From NCBI GenBank assembly GCA_029210225.1, contig JARGOJ010000001.1, forward strand, positions 1 through 47,398: a stretch of DNA of 47,398 bases, written 5' to 3'. The position numbers and the translations under genes were made by a program. This document shows, one piece after another, positions 37,720 through 45,893 of the stretch. The notes beneath the pieces were generated by a model. The model was given only the letters and a program-made list of their open reading frames with translations. It was not told the DNA's origin and did not search any database. Each line of letters begins with the position of its first letter. Within the stretch, counting starts at the first letter, position 1. Source of the stretch: Planctomycetota bacterium (GTDB lineage: Bacteria; Planctomycetota; J058; JARGOJ01).

Positions 37720-39594
37720 ATGTCGACTGATGGAAATCCAGCAAACGCTGAAGAAGGCCCAGAAGGAGGCGATTACGTTTTCCGCTATGGAGGACCCAGT
37801 GAGGTTCGCCCAGAGGAAGATGGAAGTCGGCTCTCCCTTGTCGCTAATGAGGCTCGTAGGGCTGTTCGAGCTGAGGGCCAAGTCAAGGATCCTTTGCGAT
37901 TCCGCGAAGCCTTGTCGGTCATGTATGCCGTTGTTGGTAGTGACTATCGATATGTGCCCAAGGATCGCACGGCTTATCTTGCTTACTTAAGGCAACAACA
38001 GGCGGCACCTAAAAAGAGTGTCTGGGAAGCTCAGAAGTCTTATTTCGATTGGATTCAGAGAAACGACCCCTCGGCGTATCTCATCCTTGATCCAGTAATC
38101 TCTGTTCAACCTGATGGTCTCTTCTTTGAGGTCTTCAGTAAGGACGAGTCAACCTATGCAAAGCTGCAGGTTGATTGGGATTGCGTGGATATTGAAGGAG
38201 AATTGAAATACGGCACGACAAACATTGACTTCTCAAAGGGCTTCTTCGATAGCATTCAACAAATGCGCGGCTATAGAAAGACTCGTCTCTCTGTAGGCAA
38301 GGAAGAAGTGAAGATAGAGACCGATGGGGAGCAACGCCTTGAGAAGAAAGTGAAGGTTCCAGATAGCTGGATTCGTGCTTTCCTCCAAGTGCAATCAGCG
38401 GCGACTCTGCCTCATATCAATTTTTCAATTGCTCCTATCGACTTCTACAATGTCCTTCGTTATCTGCGTTTTCACTCAGATCAAAAGGGCAAGGGCCGGG
38501 GTTTAAGAATTGAATTGATCCCTGGAGAGCAGCCACGCCTGGTGCTTGAGCCTTGGGAGAAGGTCTTTACGACAAGTGGAGACGTTTATAAAGGTAACAG
38601 CTCTGAGGTGATCCGTATTTGGGGTCGTCGCCGCCTTATGTTAGTGCGTCGCTTGCTCCCATTCTTGGATAGCATTGACGTTCATGTGCTCGGATCGGGG
38701 ATGCCAAGCTTCTTTGTCTTCAAAGCTGGCCCAATGACTTTAACAATGGGTCTCTCCGGCTGGACGGCGAACAATTGGGCTCAGATTGTCAGCTTTGACT
38801 TGCTCTTGCCTCGTCAAAGAACGGCGAAAGATGAGCTTGAGAAGATCTTGGCTCATCTCTCAGATAAGTATTTCGCGACTCGAAAAGAGATTGGCGAAGC
38901 CATAGGAATCAACGATTCCAGGCTTATGGCTGCGCTTCAATTAGGTTGTCAGCAGGGCTCCTTGATGTATGACATCGACGGAGAAGTCTATAGGCTTCGC
39001 CAATTGACAGAGCAGCCCCTCGATTGGGATCGCCTTGAATTCCGCAATGATAATGAGCGAGTGGCTCACGATCACTTGGCAAAGGGTGCCATGACTCTTG
39101 AATCGGAGAACCGGGTTCACAGTAAAGGCATTGAAGTCGTTGGTTCTATTCATGTAGAAGCCGATCAACGGGACTATCGCGTCGAGTTTATTATCACGCC
39201 TATTGGTTTCTTAACTCGGGTCAAATGCACATGCCGGATGTTCCGGACACATCGCCTTAAGAATGGTCCTTGCAGCCATATTGTTGGGCTTCGTCTCTTC
39301 TATGCGAAGGAAGAAGCGCGGCGCCGTGAACTGGCCAGCAAAGGTGAACTGCGAGACACTGTCACAAACGAAACAAAGACCTTCGCCAAGCGTCACAACA
39401 AGGGCGAAGAGGTCTATCAGCTTTCTCTCAATCACCAACGTATGAAAGTTCGTTGGGGGCAGCGAGGAAGTCGTCTGCGAATCCAAAACCTTGTTTTCAA
39501 CTCCTTAGAAGATGCCCGCGAAGCCTATTACGCCAAGGTCGACGGACTTGAATCTAAAGGTTATCTGGATGCAACAGAAGGTGGGGTAGCCTGA
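37720..39594 (+). CDS. SWIM zinc-finger + C-terminal WGR domain protein, 624 aa
   Basis: SWIM finger CTCRMFRTHRLKNGPCSH (CxCx12CxH) at 39226-39279. WGR domain YQLSLNHQRMKVRWGQRGSRLRIQNLVFNSLEDAREAYYAKVDGLESKGY. Confidence 0.8.
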   Translation: MSTDGNPANAEEGPEGGDYVFRYGGPSEVRPEEDGSRLSLVANEARRAVRAEGQVKDPLRFREALSVMYAVVGSDYRYVPKDRTAYLAYLRQQQAAPKKSVWEAQKSYFDWIQRNDPSAYLILDPVISVQPDGLFFEVFSKDESTYAKLQVDWDCVDIEGELKYGTTNIDFSKGFFDSIQQMRGYRKTRLSVGKEEVKIETDGEQRLEKKVKVPDSWIRAFLQVQSAATLPHINFSIAPIDFYNVLRYLRFHSDQKGKGRGLRIELIPGEQPRLVLEPWEKVFTTSGDVYKGNSSEVIRIWGRRRLMLVRRLLPFLDSIDVHVLGSGMPSFFVFKAGPMTLTMGLSGWTANNWAQIVSFDLLLPRQRTAKDELEKILAHLSDKYFATRKEIGEAIGINDSRLMAALQLGCQQGSLMYDIDGEVYRLRQLTEQPLDWDRLEFRNDNERVAHDHLAKGAMTLESENRVHSKGIEVVGSIHVEADQRDYRVEFIITPIGFLTRVKCTCRMFRTHRLKNGPCSHIVGLRLFYAKEEARRRELASKGELRDTVTNETKTFAKRHNKGEEVYQLSLNHQRMKVRWGQRGSRLRIQNLVFNSLEDAREAYYAKVDGLESKGYLDATEGGVA

Positions 39595-39596
39595 TC

Positions 39597-40904
39597 ATGT
39601 CGAACGGTACCGATCTCAACAAACTCTGGGAAGATATCGGCCGCGCTGGCGGCATTGATAGCTACGTAGACAAACAACTCCGCGAAAAAGGCTTCTTAGT
39701 AAGCCGTCGCAACACCGAGAATATGAGCAAGGCCAAATTAAAGGCCTACAAAGAATCTCTTAAGAAGGAAGCTGCTGAGAAGAAGCGCTTTCACAAAGAA
39801 GCCTGGCTCGCCTACCGCGCCAATCATATTGTCCATCTTGGCGAGAACGTTTACTTCAACGACGCGGACAACTTTGATCGCTGGGATCTCCCCAACGCCG
39901 AAGAGCGCGCTGATGAAAACGAACTTCCAAAGTTAGACAATCCCAAGCAGCTCGCCGAAGCTCTCGGCATCACGATCTCCGACCTTCGCTGGTTGGCCTA
40001 TCACCGCGATGCCGCGACCAGCCTTCATTACCGCGCTTTCACCATTCCCAAGCGAGACGGATCAAAGCGGCAGATCTGGGCGCCATTGCCAAAGCTCAAA
40101 GCAGCTCAACACTGGATTCTCCGCAACGTCGTCGAGCACCTCCCTGTTCATGGCGCGGCCCATGGCTTCCTACCAGGGCGCTCAATTGCCTCGAACGCCG
40201 CCGCCCATACGAACTCTAAGATTGTTGTCAAAGTTGACCTCAAGGACTTCTTCCCAACAGTGACTCTTCCCCGAGTCAAGGGAATCTTCCGCAAGGCTGG
40301 CTATAGAGAGCAAGTCTCCACTCTACTCGCCCTCATCTCCACCGAGTCTCCTCGCGAGATCGTCGAGAAGGACGGGAAGACCTATTACATTGCTATGGGA
40401 CCACGGTGTTTGCCTCAGGGAGCTCCAACAAGTCCAGGTTTGACCAACACCCTCTGCCTCCGTCTCGACCGCCGCTTAACAGGGCTCGGGAAGAAACTCG
40501 GCTGGCGCTATACCCGATATGCTGATGACTTAACCTTCAGCTTGCCAAACGATCACAAAGGCGCCCCTAAGCTGGGCCTTCTCCTTGGTTCTATCGGTCG
40601 CATCGCTGCTGACGAAGGCTTCGCGGTTCATCCCAAGAAGACCCGAGTTGCTCGTAAAGGATCGCGCCAGAAGATCACTGGTCTTGTTGTTAATGGTGAG
40701 GGGAACCCTCGGGTGCCTCGCAAATTGAAGCGTGAGATTCGCGCCGCCATTCACAACTTAAAGAATGGTAAGGGTCTCAAAGAGGGCGATAGCTATAGCC
40801 GCATTGCGGGATACGCCGCCTATATTTGCATGACGGAACCAGAGCTTGGTCAAAAGCTTATTAAAGAGCTCGCTTCTATTGATCCTCCTGCAGAATCAGA
40901 GTAG
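39597..40904 (+). CDS. Retron-type reverse transcriptase with an N-terminal extension of about 100 aa
   Basis: Motifs YRAFTIPKRDGSKRQIWAP, LKAAQHWILRNV, VDLKDFFPT, LPQGAPTSPGLTN, YTRYADDLTFS (YADD at 40518-40529) and QKITGLVVNG (40674-40682 = ITG). It starts 2 nt after the SWIM-WGR stop. Confidence 0.9.
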   Translation: MSNGTDLNKLWEDIGRAGGIDSYVDKQLREKGFLVSRRNTENMSKAKLKAYKESLKKEAAEKKRFHKEAWLAYRANHIVHLGENVYFNDADNFDRWDLPNAEERADENELPKLDNPKQLAEALGITISDLRWLAYHRDAATSLHYRAFTIPKRDGSKRQIWAPLPKLKAAQHWILRNVVEHLPVHGAAHGFLPGRSIASNAAAHTNSKIVVKVDLKDFFPTVTLPRVKGIFRKAGYREQVSTLLALISTESPREIVEKDGKTYYIAMGPRCLPQGAPTSPGLTNTLCLRLDRRLTGLGKKLGWRYTRYADDLTFSLPNDHKGAPKLGLLLGSIGRIAADEGFAVHPKKTRVARKGSRQKITGLVVNGEGNPRVPRKLKREIRAAIHNLKNGKGLKEGDSYSRIAGYAAYICMTEPELGQKLIKELASIDPPAESE

Positions 40905-40929
40905 AAGCCACTTAGAAGAAGGCAAATAG

Positions 40930-40970
40930 GAAGAAGGAGCCTCGTTAATCAGGCTCCTTCTTCTATTTTT
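40930..40970. terminator. Bidirectional rho-independent terminator between the RT operon and convergent fumC
   Basis: 12-bp perfect stem gaagaaggagcc / ggctccttcttc, 10-nt loop, then TATTTTTT. Confidence 0.8.
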
Positions 40971-40997
40971 TCCATTGAATTAGGCGCTGAAACCGCC

Positions 40998-42389
40998 TTA
41001 TTTATTGGGTCCGACCATGTTCTCTGGACGCACAGCTTCTTCAAACTTCTCTGGAGACATTAGGCCAAGCTTGTCGGCCGTCTCTTTGAGGGTCTTATTC
41101 TCTTTGTAAGCTGTCTTGGCGATCTTCGCCGCGTTATCGTAGCCGATATGGGTGTTGAGAGCAGTCACAAGCATCAGTGAGTTGTGGAGGTTGTGATCGA
41201 TTTGCTCTAGGTTTGCTTCAATTCCGACAGCGCAATTGTCATTGAAAGAGTCGCAGGAATCAGCAATGAGACGAATAGAATGAAGCAAGTTATGAATCAT
41301 TACTGGTTTGAAGACGTTCAACTCAAAATTACCGGAGGCCCCGCCAAAGTTGATCGCGACGTCGTTTCCAAAGACCTGAGCGCAAACCATAGTCAGCGCT
41401 TCACACTGAGTTGGATTGACCTTTCCAGGCATAATTGAACTACCTGGCTCATTCTCTGGAATCCGCAATTCACCGATACCACAACGCGGTCCTGAAGCGA
41501 GCCAGCGAACATCGTTAGCAATCTTCATAAGGCTTCCTGCGAGTGTTTTCAAAGCACCACTGGCAGCAACCACAGCATCGTGGCCCGCGAGGGCTTCGAA
41601 CTTATTCTCCGCAGTCACAAAAGGACAGCCCGTCAATTCAGCGATCTTTGCAGCCACTTTACTGGCGTATTGAGCGTGAGTATTGAGACCTGTTCCCACA
41701 GCCGTTCCACCGAGGGCCAACTCATTGAGATGATCCAAAGACTGGCGAACATGGCGAAGGCCGTGATCGAGCATGGAGGCGTAGCCTGAGAACTCTTGCC
41801 CGAGGGTTAGAGGAGTCGCATCTTGAAGGTGAGTGCGGCCGATTTTGACGATGTCTTTGAAGGCTTCGGCTTTATCAGCGAGTGTCTTTTGAAGCTTAGA
41901 AACAGCAGGGATCAAGCGATTGTGAATCTGCTCGACAGCGGCGATGTGCATGGCTGTTGGGAAGGTGTCGTTTGATGATTGAGATTTATTGACGTCGTCG
42001 TTGGGATGAATAGGGTCTTTCGATCCCAGGGTTCCACCAGCCATTTCGATGGCGCGGTTTGCGATGACTTCGTTGCTGTTCATGTTTGTCTGAGTGCCGC
42101 TTCCGGTTTGCCAGACAACGAGAGGGAAGTGATCGTCGAGCTTGCCTTCAATGACTTCGTCTGCGGCCGCGCAGATAAGCTTGCACTTCTCATCAGAGAG
42201 GCCGCTTAGTTCATTATTGACGAGGGCAGCGGACTTTTTAACGAGACCAAAAGCACGGATCATCTCTCTTGGGAAACGGTCTCCGCCGATTTTGAAGTTC
42301 TGTAAAGATCGTTGAGTTTGGGCGCCCCAATAGCGATCGGAAGGAACTTCAACGTCTCCCATGGTATCGCGTTCAATTCTATGGCTCAT
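40998..42389 (-). CDS. fumC: Class II fumarate hydratase
   Basis: [28 protein letters not shown] from the ATG at 42387-42389 (RBS GAGGAG). Fumarate-lyase signature [16 protein letters not shown]. Confidence 0.93.
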   Translation of the reverse strand: MSHRIERDTMGDVEVPSDRYWGAQTQRSLQNFKIGGDRFPREMIRAFGLVKKSAALVNNELSGLSDEKCKLICAAADEVIEGKLDDHFPLVVWQTGSGTQTNMNSNEVIANRAIEMAGGTLGSKDPIHPNDDVNKSQSSNDTFPTAMHIAAVEQIHNRLIPAVSKLQKTLADKAEAFKDIVKIGRTHLQDATPLTLGQEFSGYASMLDHGLRHVRQSLDHLNELALGGTAVGTGLNTHAQYASKVAAKIAELTGCPFVTAENKFEALAGHDAVVAASGALKTLAGSLMKIANDVRWLASGPRCGIGELRIPENEPGSSIMPGKVNPTQCEALTMVCAQVFGNDVAINFGGASGNFELNVFKPVMIHNLLHSIRLIADSCDSFNDNCAVGIEANLEQIDHNLHNSLMLVTALNTHIGYDNAAKIAKTAYKENKTLKETADKLGLMSPEKFEEAVRPENMVGPNK

Positions 42390-42584
42390 CAATAAGTCTC
42401 CTCTTCCAGAGTTTCCTTGTTCCTGAAAATCTCCCTTATGCTCCAAGAAAACTTTGTCGGAACAAGAGGTACTCCCGGATCTTTAGAGTTTTTCTGGATG
42501 CTTTTTTCCAAGGATGAGAACTCAAGGGTCAAAGTAAGTCAAAATCGTCCAAACTGTCTCAACTCTGAAAACATGCTCTTCCAT

Positions 42585-42614
42585 AGTTCAATAAAATATA
42601 TCTTTTATTGAACT
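42585..42614. repeat. Perfect 12-bp inverted repeat AGTTCAATAAAA-N6-TTTTATTGAACT in the AT-rich region upstream of the recombinase
   Basis: Seen directly. A second small hairpin, ccctat-aaaaa-ataggg, lies at 42624-42640. Confidence 0.6.
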
Positions 42615-42692
42615 ATCCTCTCGCCCTATAAAAAATAGGGATTCTGGAAGAACGGATATCGGCTTCCTTCAAATAGATATATATAAAACTGT

Positions 42693-42698
42693 TATAAT
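42693..42698 (+). promoter_or_regulatory. Candidate extended -10 (TGtTATAAT) for the recombinase gene
   Basis: TATAAT at 42693-42698 preceded by TGT, about 48 nt upstream of the ATG. The -35 (TTCAAA, 19-nt spacer) is poor. Confidence 0.3.
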
Positions 42699-42745
42699 GA
42701 CTTTTTAATGATCTATTATCAAAATGAGCTTATAGGGGTCTCTCT

Positions 42746-43363
42746 ATGGTTGGTCGGCCAGTTGGATCGGGTGGACAAGCAAAGGAACTATCCCGAGATG
42801 AAATAAAGAGGATCAATCTTTGTTTAACGGGGAGCGCTCATGAACATCGAAATCGAGGACTCTTCTTTTTGGGTCTCGGATCGGGTATGCGCATCGCGGA
42901 GATCTGCCAACTTCGAATTCTCGATATCGCACACTTGGATTTGAAGAAGGAGAAGATCGATGTGTTCTCGAGTCTTGTTTTGGAAAAGCACTCCACGAAG
43001 AGTAAGAAGAGTCGAACTGTTTACCTGAGTAGGCAAGCATGCCAGGCAGTGAAGGACTATTTGGAGCTGAGGAAAGCTAAGGACGAAAGCTTGCCCCTTT
43101 TTCCAAGCCAGATGAATCGCTTGGAGTCGCTAAAACCAAACACAGCCATCTTGATGCTCTCAAAGATGTTCAAAGCGGCAGGGGTGCGTCATGCTTCGAG
43201 TCACTCCCTAAGAAGAACTCACGCGAATGCGCTGCGACGAAAAGGCGTCGACTTAAAGATCATTCAAGAGCAGCTCGGTCACTCTTCTTTAGCGACAACG
43301 GAGCGATACTTCAAAGTAGATCCTGTCGAGACTAAGAAGGCCGTTGAGAATCTGAAATTCTGA
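42746..43363 (+). CDS. Tyrosine recombinase/integrase, short (205 aa, essentially the catalytic domain only)
   Basis: Catalytic residues in context: GMRIAEI (Arg), HSLRRTHA (H-x-x-R) and LGHSSLATTERYF (His/Tyr). Confidence 0.8.
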   Translation: MVGRPVGSGGQAKELSRDEIKRINLCLTGSAHEHRNRGLFFLGLGSGMRIAEICQLRILDIAHLDLKKEKIDVFSSLVLEKHSTKSKKSRTVYLSRQACQAVKDYLELRKAKDESLPLFPSQMNRLESLKPNTAILMLSKMFKAAGVRHASSHSLRRTHANALRRKGVDLKIIQEQLGHSSLATTERYFKVDPVETKKAVENLKF

Positions 43364-43378
43364 CTGTACATAAAATAA

Positions 43379-43396
43379 GGCCCATCAAAGTGGGCC
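43379..43396 (-). terminator. Weak hairpin between the convergent recombinase and flp genes
   Basis: 6-bp stem ggccca/tgggcc. The minus-strand side is T-rich. Confidence 0.3.
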
Positions 43397-43425
43397 CTAA
43401 AACAACTCATGTTGAAGGCCGGGTA

Positions 43426-43635
43426 TCAACCACCGGGGATATCAGCAATAACTTCTTTCTCGATGGTGCCTTTGCCTTTTTCGAAGCCTTTTTTGACTTC
43501 GCCACCGAATAGCTTCACGGCTGTGATCAAAACAATAGCGATAAGACCGACGATAATAATGTATTCCGTCATGCCTTGTCCGCGCTTCATACGCTTACGG
43601 AGAAGATTTCTCATTGGATCCTCATTTTCCTTCAA
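43426..43635 (-). CDS. flp: Flp/Fap-family type IVb pilin precursor
   Basis: Flp motif KRGQGMTEYIIIVGLIAIVLITAV. The true start may be the second ATG at 43612-43614 (MRNLLRK). Confidence 0.8.
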   Translation of the reverse strand: MKENEDPMRNLLRKRMKRGQGMTEYIIIVGLIAIVLITAVKLFGGEVKKGFEKGKGTIEKEVIADIPGG

Positions 43636-43816
43636 CAGTTGAGTTTCATAGGCCGTTGTTCTTGTTCTATATCCTTAGCGATTTTAATGCCAAAGAAATC
43701 AAAACTCTTCTTTCCCTTTTACTAAAACACACCAGAGAAGAGAAGAGGATTTTCAATTGCTTTTAATATCACAAATTGAGACGCATATGAATATAGATGA
43801 AACGAAATAAAACGCT

Positions 43817-44776
43817 TTAACACTTATTTTCCTCAAGATGCCTGCGCCATGAGAGGAAAAGGCTTGTCAAAGATGATTCTAACGATCCCGGGCGCTCTCC
43901 AGTCTCCTTTACAAGCTTCCCAGGATCTCCTCTGACCTCCGGAACCTCAACACTTCGAAAGCGTTTCTTGTCTATTTCGATGCAGATTTTAAGGCCTGAG
44001 ATCTCGCCAAGGATTCCAACAATTTCGGAAATCGCAATACTTCGGCCGGAGCAAACGTTGTAAACATGGCCGCTCCGTCCCTTCTCGATCAAGGATCGAT
44101 AGGCATTCATTCCATCAACCACAGAACTAAAATCTCGTTTCGCGCTAAGGTTTCCAACCCGGAGAACAATTTCTGACTGTCCTTTCAAAGACGCTCGGGC
44201 CATTTGCTTAGCAAAATCGGAACAGACATAAGAATCACTCTGCCCCGGTCCCGTCAGATTAAAGGTCCTCGTCGCCACAAGGCAGAGACCTGCAGGGCTG
44301 TGACGATCGGACTCCCTCAGGCTCATTAATGTGCTCCCAACCCGGCTAACACCATAGGGAGAGAGAGGCCGAAGCGGCGTTGATTCTTTGATAGGTAGGT
44401 TCTCAGGATCAATAGGGCCGTACTCCTCGGCAGACCCCACAACAAGAACGCGGGCCTCTGGGCTACGCTTCTTGATCCCGCTTAAAACATGATAGGTCCC
44501 GAGGACATTGGTCCTATAGGCCTCTTCTTGATGATGAAAGGATTCCCTGACGGACGCAAAGCCCGCCAAGTGATAAATGCGATCGGGGCGCGATTTTATA
44601 AGGGCTTCTTCAATACTACTCGGCTCATTGATATCGACTTTGAGGAAAGAAGCAGAGCTTGCCAAAACTGGTCTTTTTTGGCGCCCCGTAACAAAGACCT
44701 CTTCTCCAGCCTTCTCACAGAGCTGCGCCAGGTGAGACCCGCAAAAGCCGCTTCCTCCAAAAATGAGAGTTCGCAT
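43817..44776 (-). CDS. NAD-dependent epimerase/dehydratase, GDP-4-dehydro-6-deoxy-D-mannose reductase (Rmd)-like
   Basis: Rossmann motif IFGGSGFCGSHL. SDR-extended length. It lies immediately downstream of gmd (3-nt gap). Confidence 0.7.
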   Translation of the reverse strand: MRTLIFGGSGFCGSHLAQLCEKAGEEVFVTGRQKRPVLASSASFLKVDINEPSSIEEALIKSRPDRIYHLAGFASVRESFHHQEEAYRTNVLGTYHVLSGIKKRSPEARVLVVGSAEEYGPIDPENLPIKESTPLRPLSPYGVSRVGSTLMSLRESDRHSPAGLCLVATRTFNLTGPGQSDSYVCSDFAKQMARASLKGQSEIVLRVGNLSAKRDFSSVVDGMNAYRSLIEKGRSGHVYNVCSGRSIAISEIVGILGEISGLKICIEIDKKRFRSVEVPEVRGDPGKLVKETGERPGSLESSLTSLFLSWRRHLEENKC

Positions 44777-44779
44777 TGT

Positions 44780-45787
44780 CTAAACCAACTGTTCGTACCA
44801 AAAGTTACGACGATGCATCCCCGAAGAGCTCTTCCTCACCCGCTCCAAATCACTCTCCACCATTCGAGCCACCAACTGGGAGAAATCAAGCTCTGGAGAC
44901 CAGCCAAGCTTTTCCTTCGCCTTGGCCGTGTTTCCACAAAGATACTCCACTTCGGCAACCCTCTGAAAGCGTTCATCAACCTCAACGAAGTCTTGCCAAT
45001 CAAGGTCGACATGAGCAAAAGCGCGCTCGCAGAAGTCTTGAACCGAATGGGTCACTCCCGTCGCGATGACATAATCATCCGGGCGCTCTTCTTGGAGCAT
45101 GGCCCACATCACCTTGACATAGTCCCCAGCAAATCCCCAGTCTCTCCGCGCTTCGAGGTTTCCAAGCTTTAGAGTTTCTTTGAAGCCATGCTTAATCATC
45201 GCGACATGACTGCTGATCTTACGGGTGACAAACTCAATGCCCCGGCGCTCCGACTCATGATTGAAGAGTATCCCCGAGGACGCGTGAAGGCCGTATGATT
45301 CGCGATAATTGACCGTCATGTGATGGGCGTAAACTTTAGACACTGCATAAGGGCTCCGAGGATGGAACTTCGTATCCTCATCCTGAAAGTCTCCTTCAAC
45401 CTTGCCAAACATCTCACTCGAAGACGCCTGATAGAAACGGATCTTTGGATTGATCAGACGAATAGCCTCAAGCAAGCGACAAGCACCGAGGGCCGTCACT
45501 TCCGAGGTTAGAAGCGCTTGCTCAAAGGATGTTGGGACAAAGGATTGCGCCGCCAGGTTGTAGATTTCATCAGCCTCGACCTTCTGGATAACATGGATAA
45601 GGCTCGATAGATCAAGCAAATCAGCGTGATGAAGAGTCAAGCGATCTTGAAGATGCTCAACTCGAGCCATAGACGAAGTGGAAGCTCGCCGTAAAATCCC
45701 ATGGACTTCGTATCCTTTATCTAGAAGAAATTCGGCTAAGTAAGATCCATCCTGACCCGTTAGGCCAGTGATTAGAGCCCGTTTCAT
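44780..45787 (-). CDS. gmd: GDP-mannose 4,6-dehydratase
   Basis: MKRALITGLTGQDGSYLAEFLLDKGYEVHGILRR, RFYQASSSEMFG, SPYAVSKVYAH and ILFNHESERRG. Confidence 0.93.
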   Translation of the reverse strand: MKRALITGLTGQDGSYLAEFLLDKGYEVHGILRRASTSSMARVEHLQDRLTLHHADLLDLSSLIHVIQKVEADEIYNLAAQSFVPTSFEQALLTSEVTALGACRLLEAIRLINPKIRFYQASSSEMFGKVEGDFQDEDTKFHPRSPYAVSKVYAHHMTVNYRESYGLHASSGILFNHESERRGIEFVTRKISSHVAMIKHGFKETLKLGNLEARRDWGFAGDYVKVMWAMLQEERPDDYVIATGVTHSVQDFCERAFAHVDLDWQDFVEVDERFQRVAEVEYLCGNTAKAKEKLGWSPELDFSQLVARMVESDLERVRKSSSGMHRRNFWYEQLV

Positions 45788-45893
45788 AAACGCTCACGTT
45801 CAATAGATTCTGAGAAAGATTCGATAATGCCTTTGAAACGCACTATCTTGACTCGATGTTCCAGAGCGTCAGTTTAAAAGAGTTCATACAGCT

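Noticed and set aside
42447-42745. A tRNA gene or att site expected next to the tyrosine recombinase.
   Set aside because: I read the AT-rich gap on both strands and saw no cloverleaf-compatible sequence or T-loop (GTTCRANYC) motif. Only the hairpins already listed are present.
44489-45172. A 227-aa (+) ORF, and the 97-aa ORF at 44776-45069.
   Set aside because: Both are antisense to the unmistakable gmd and rmd-like genes, so they are shadow ORFs.
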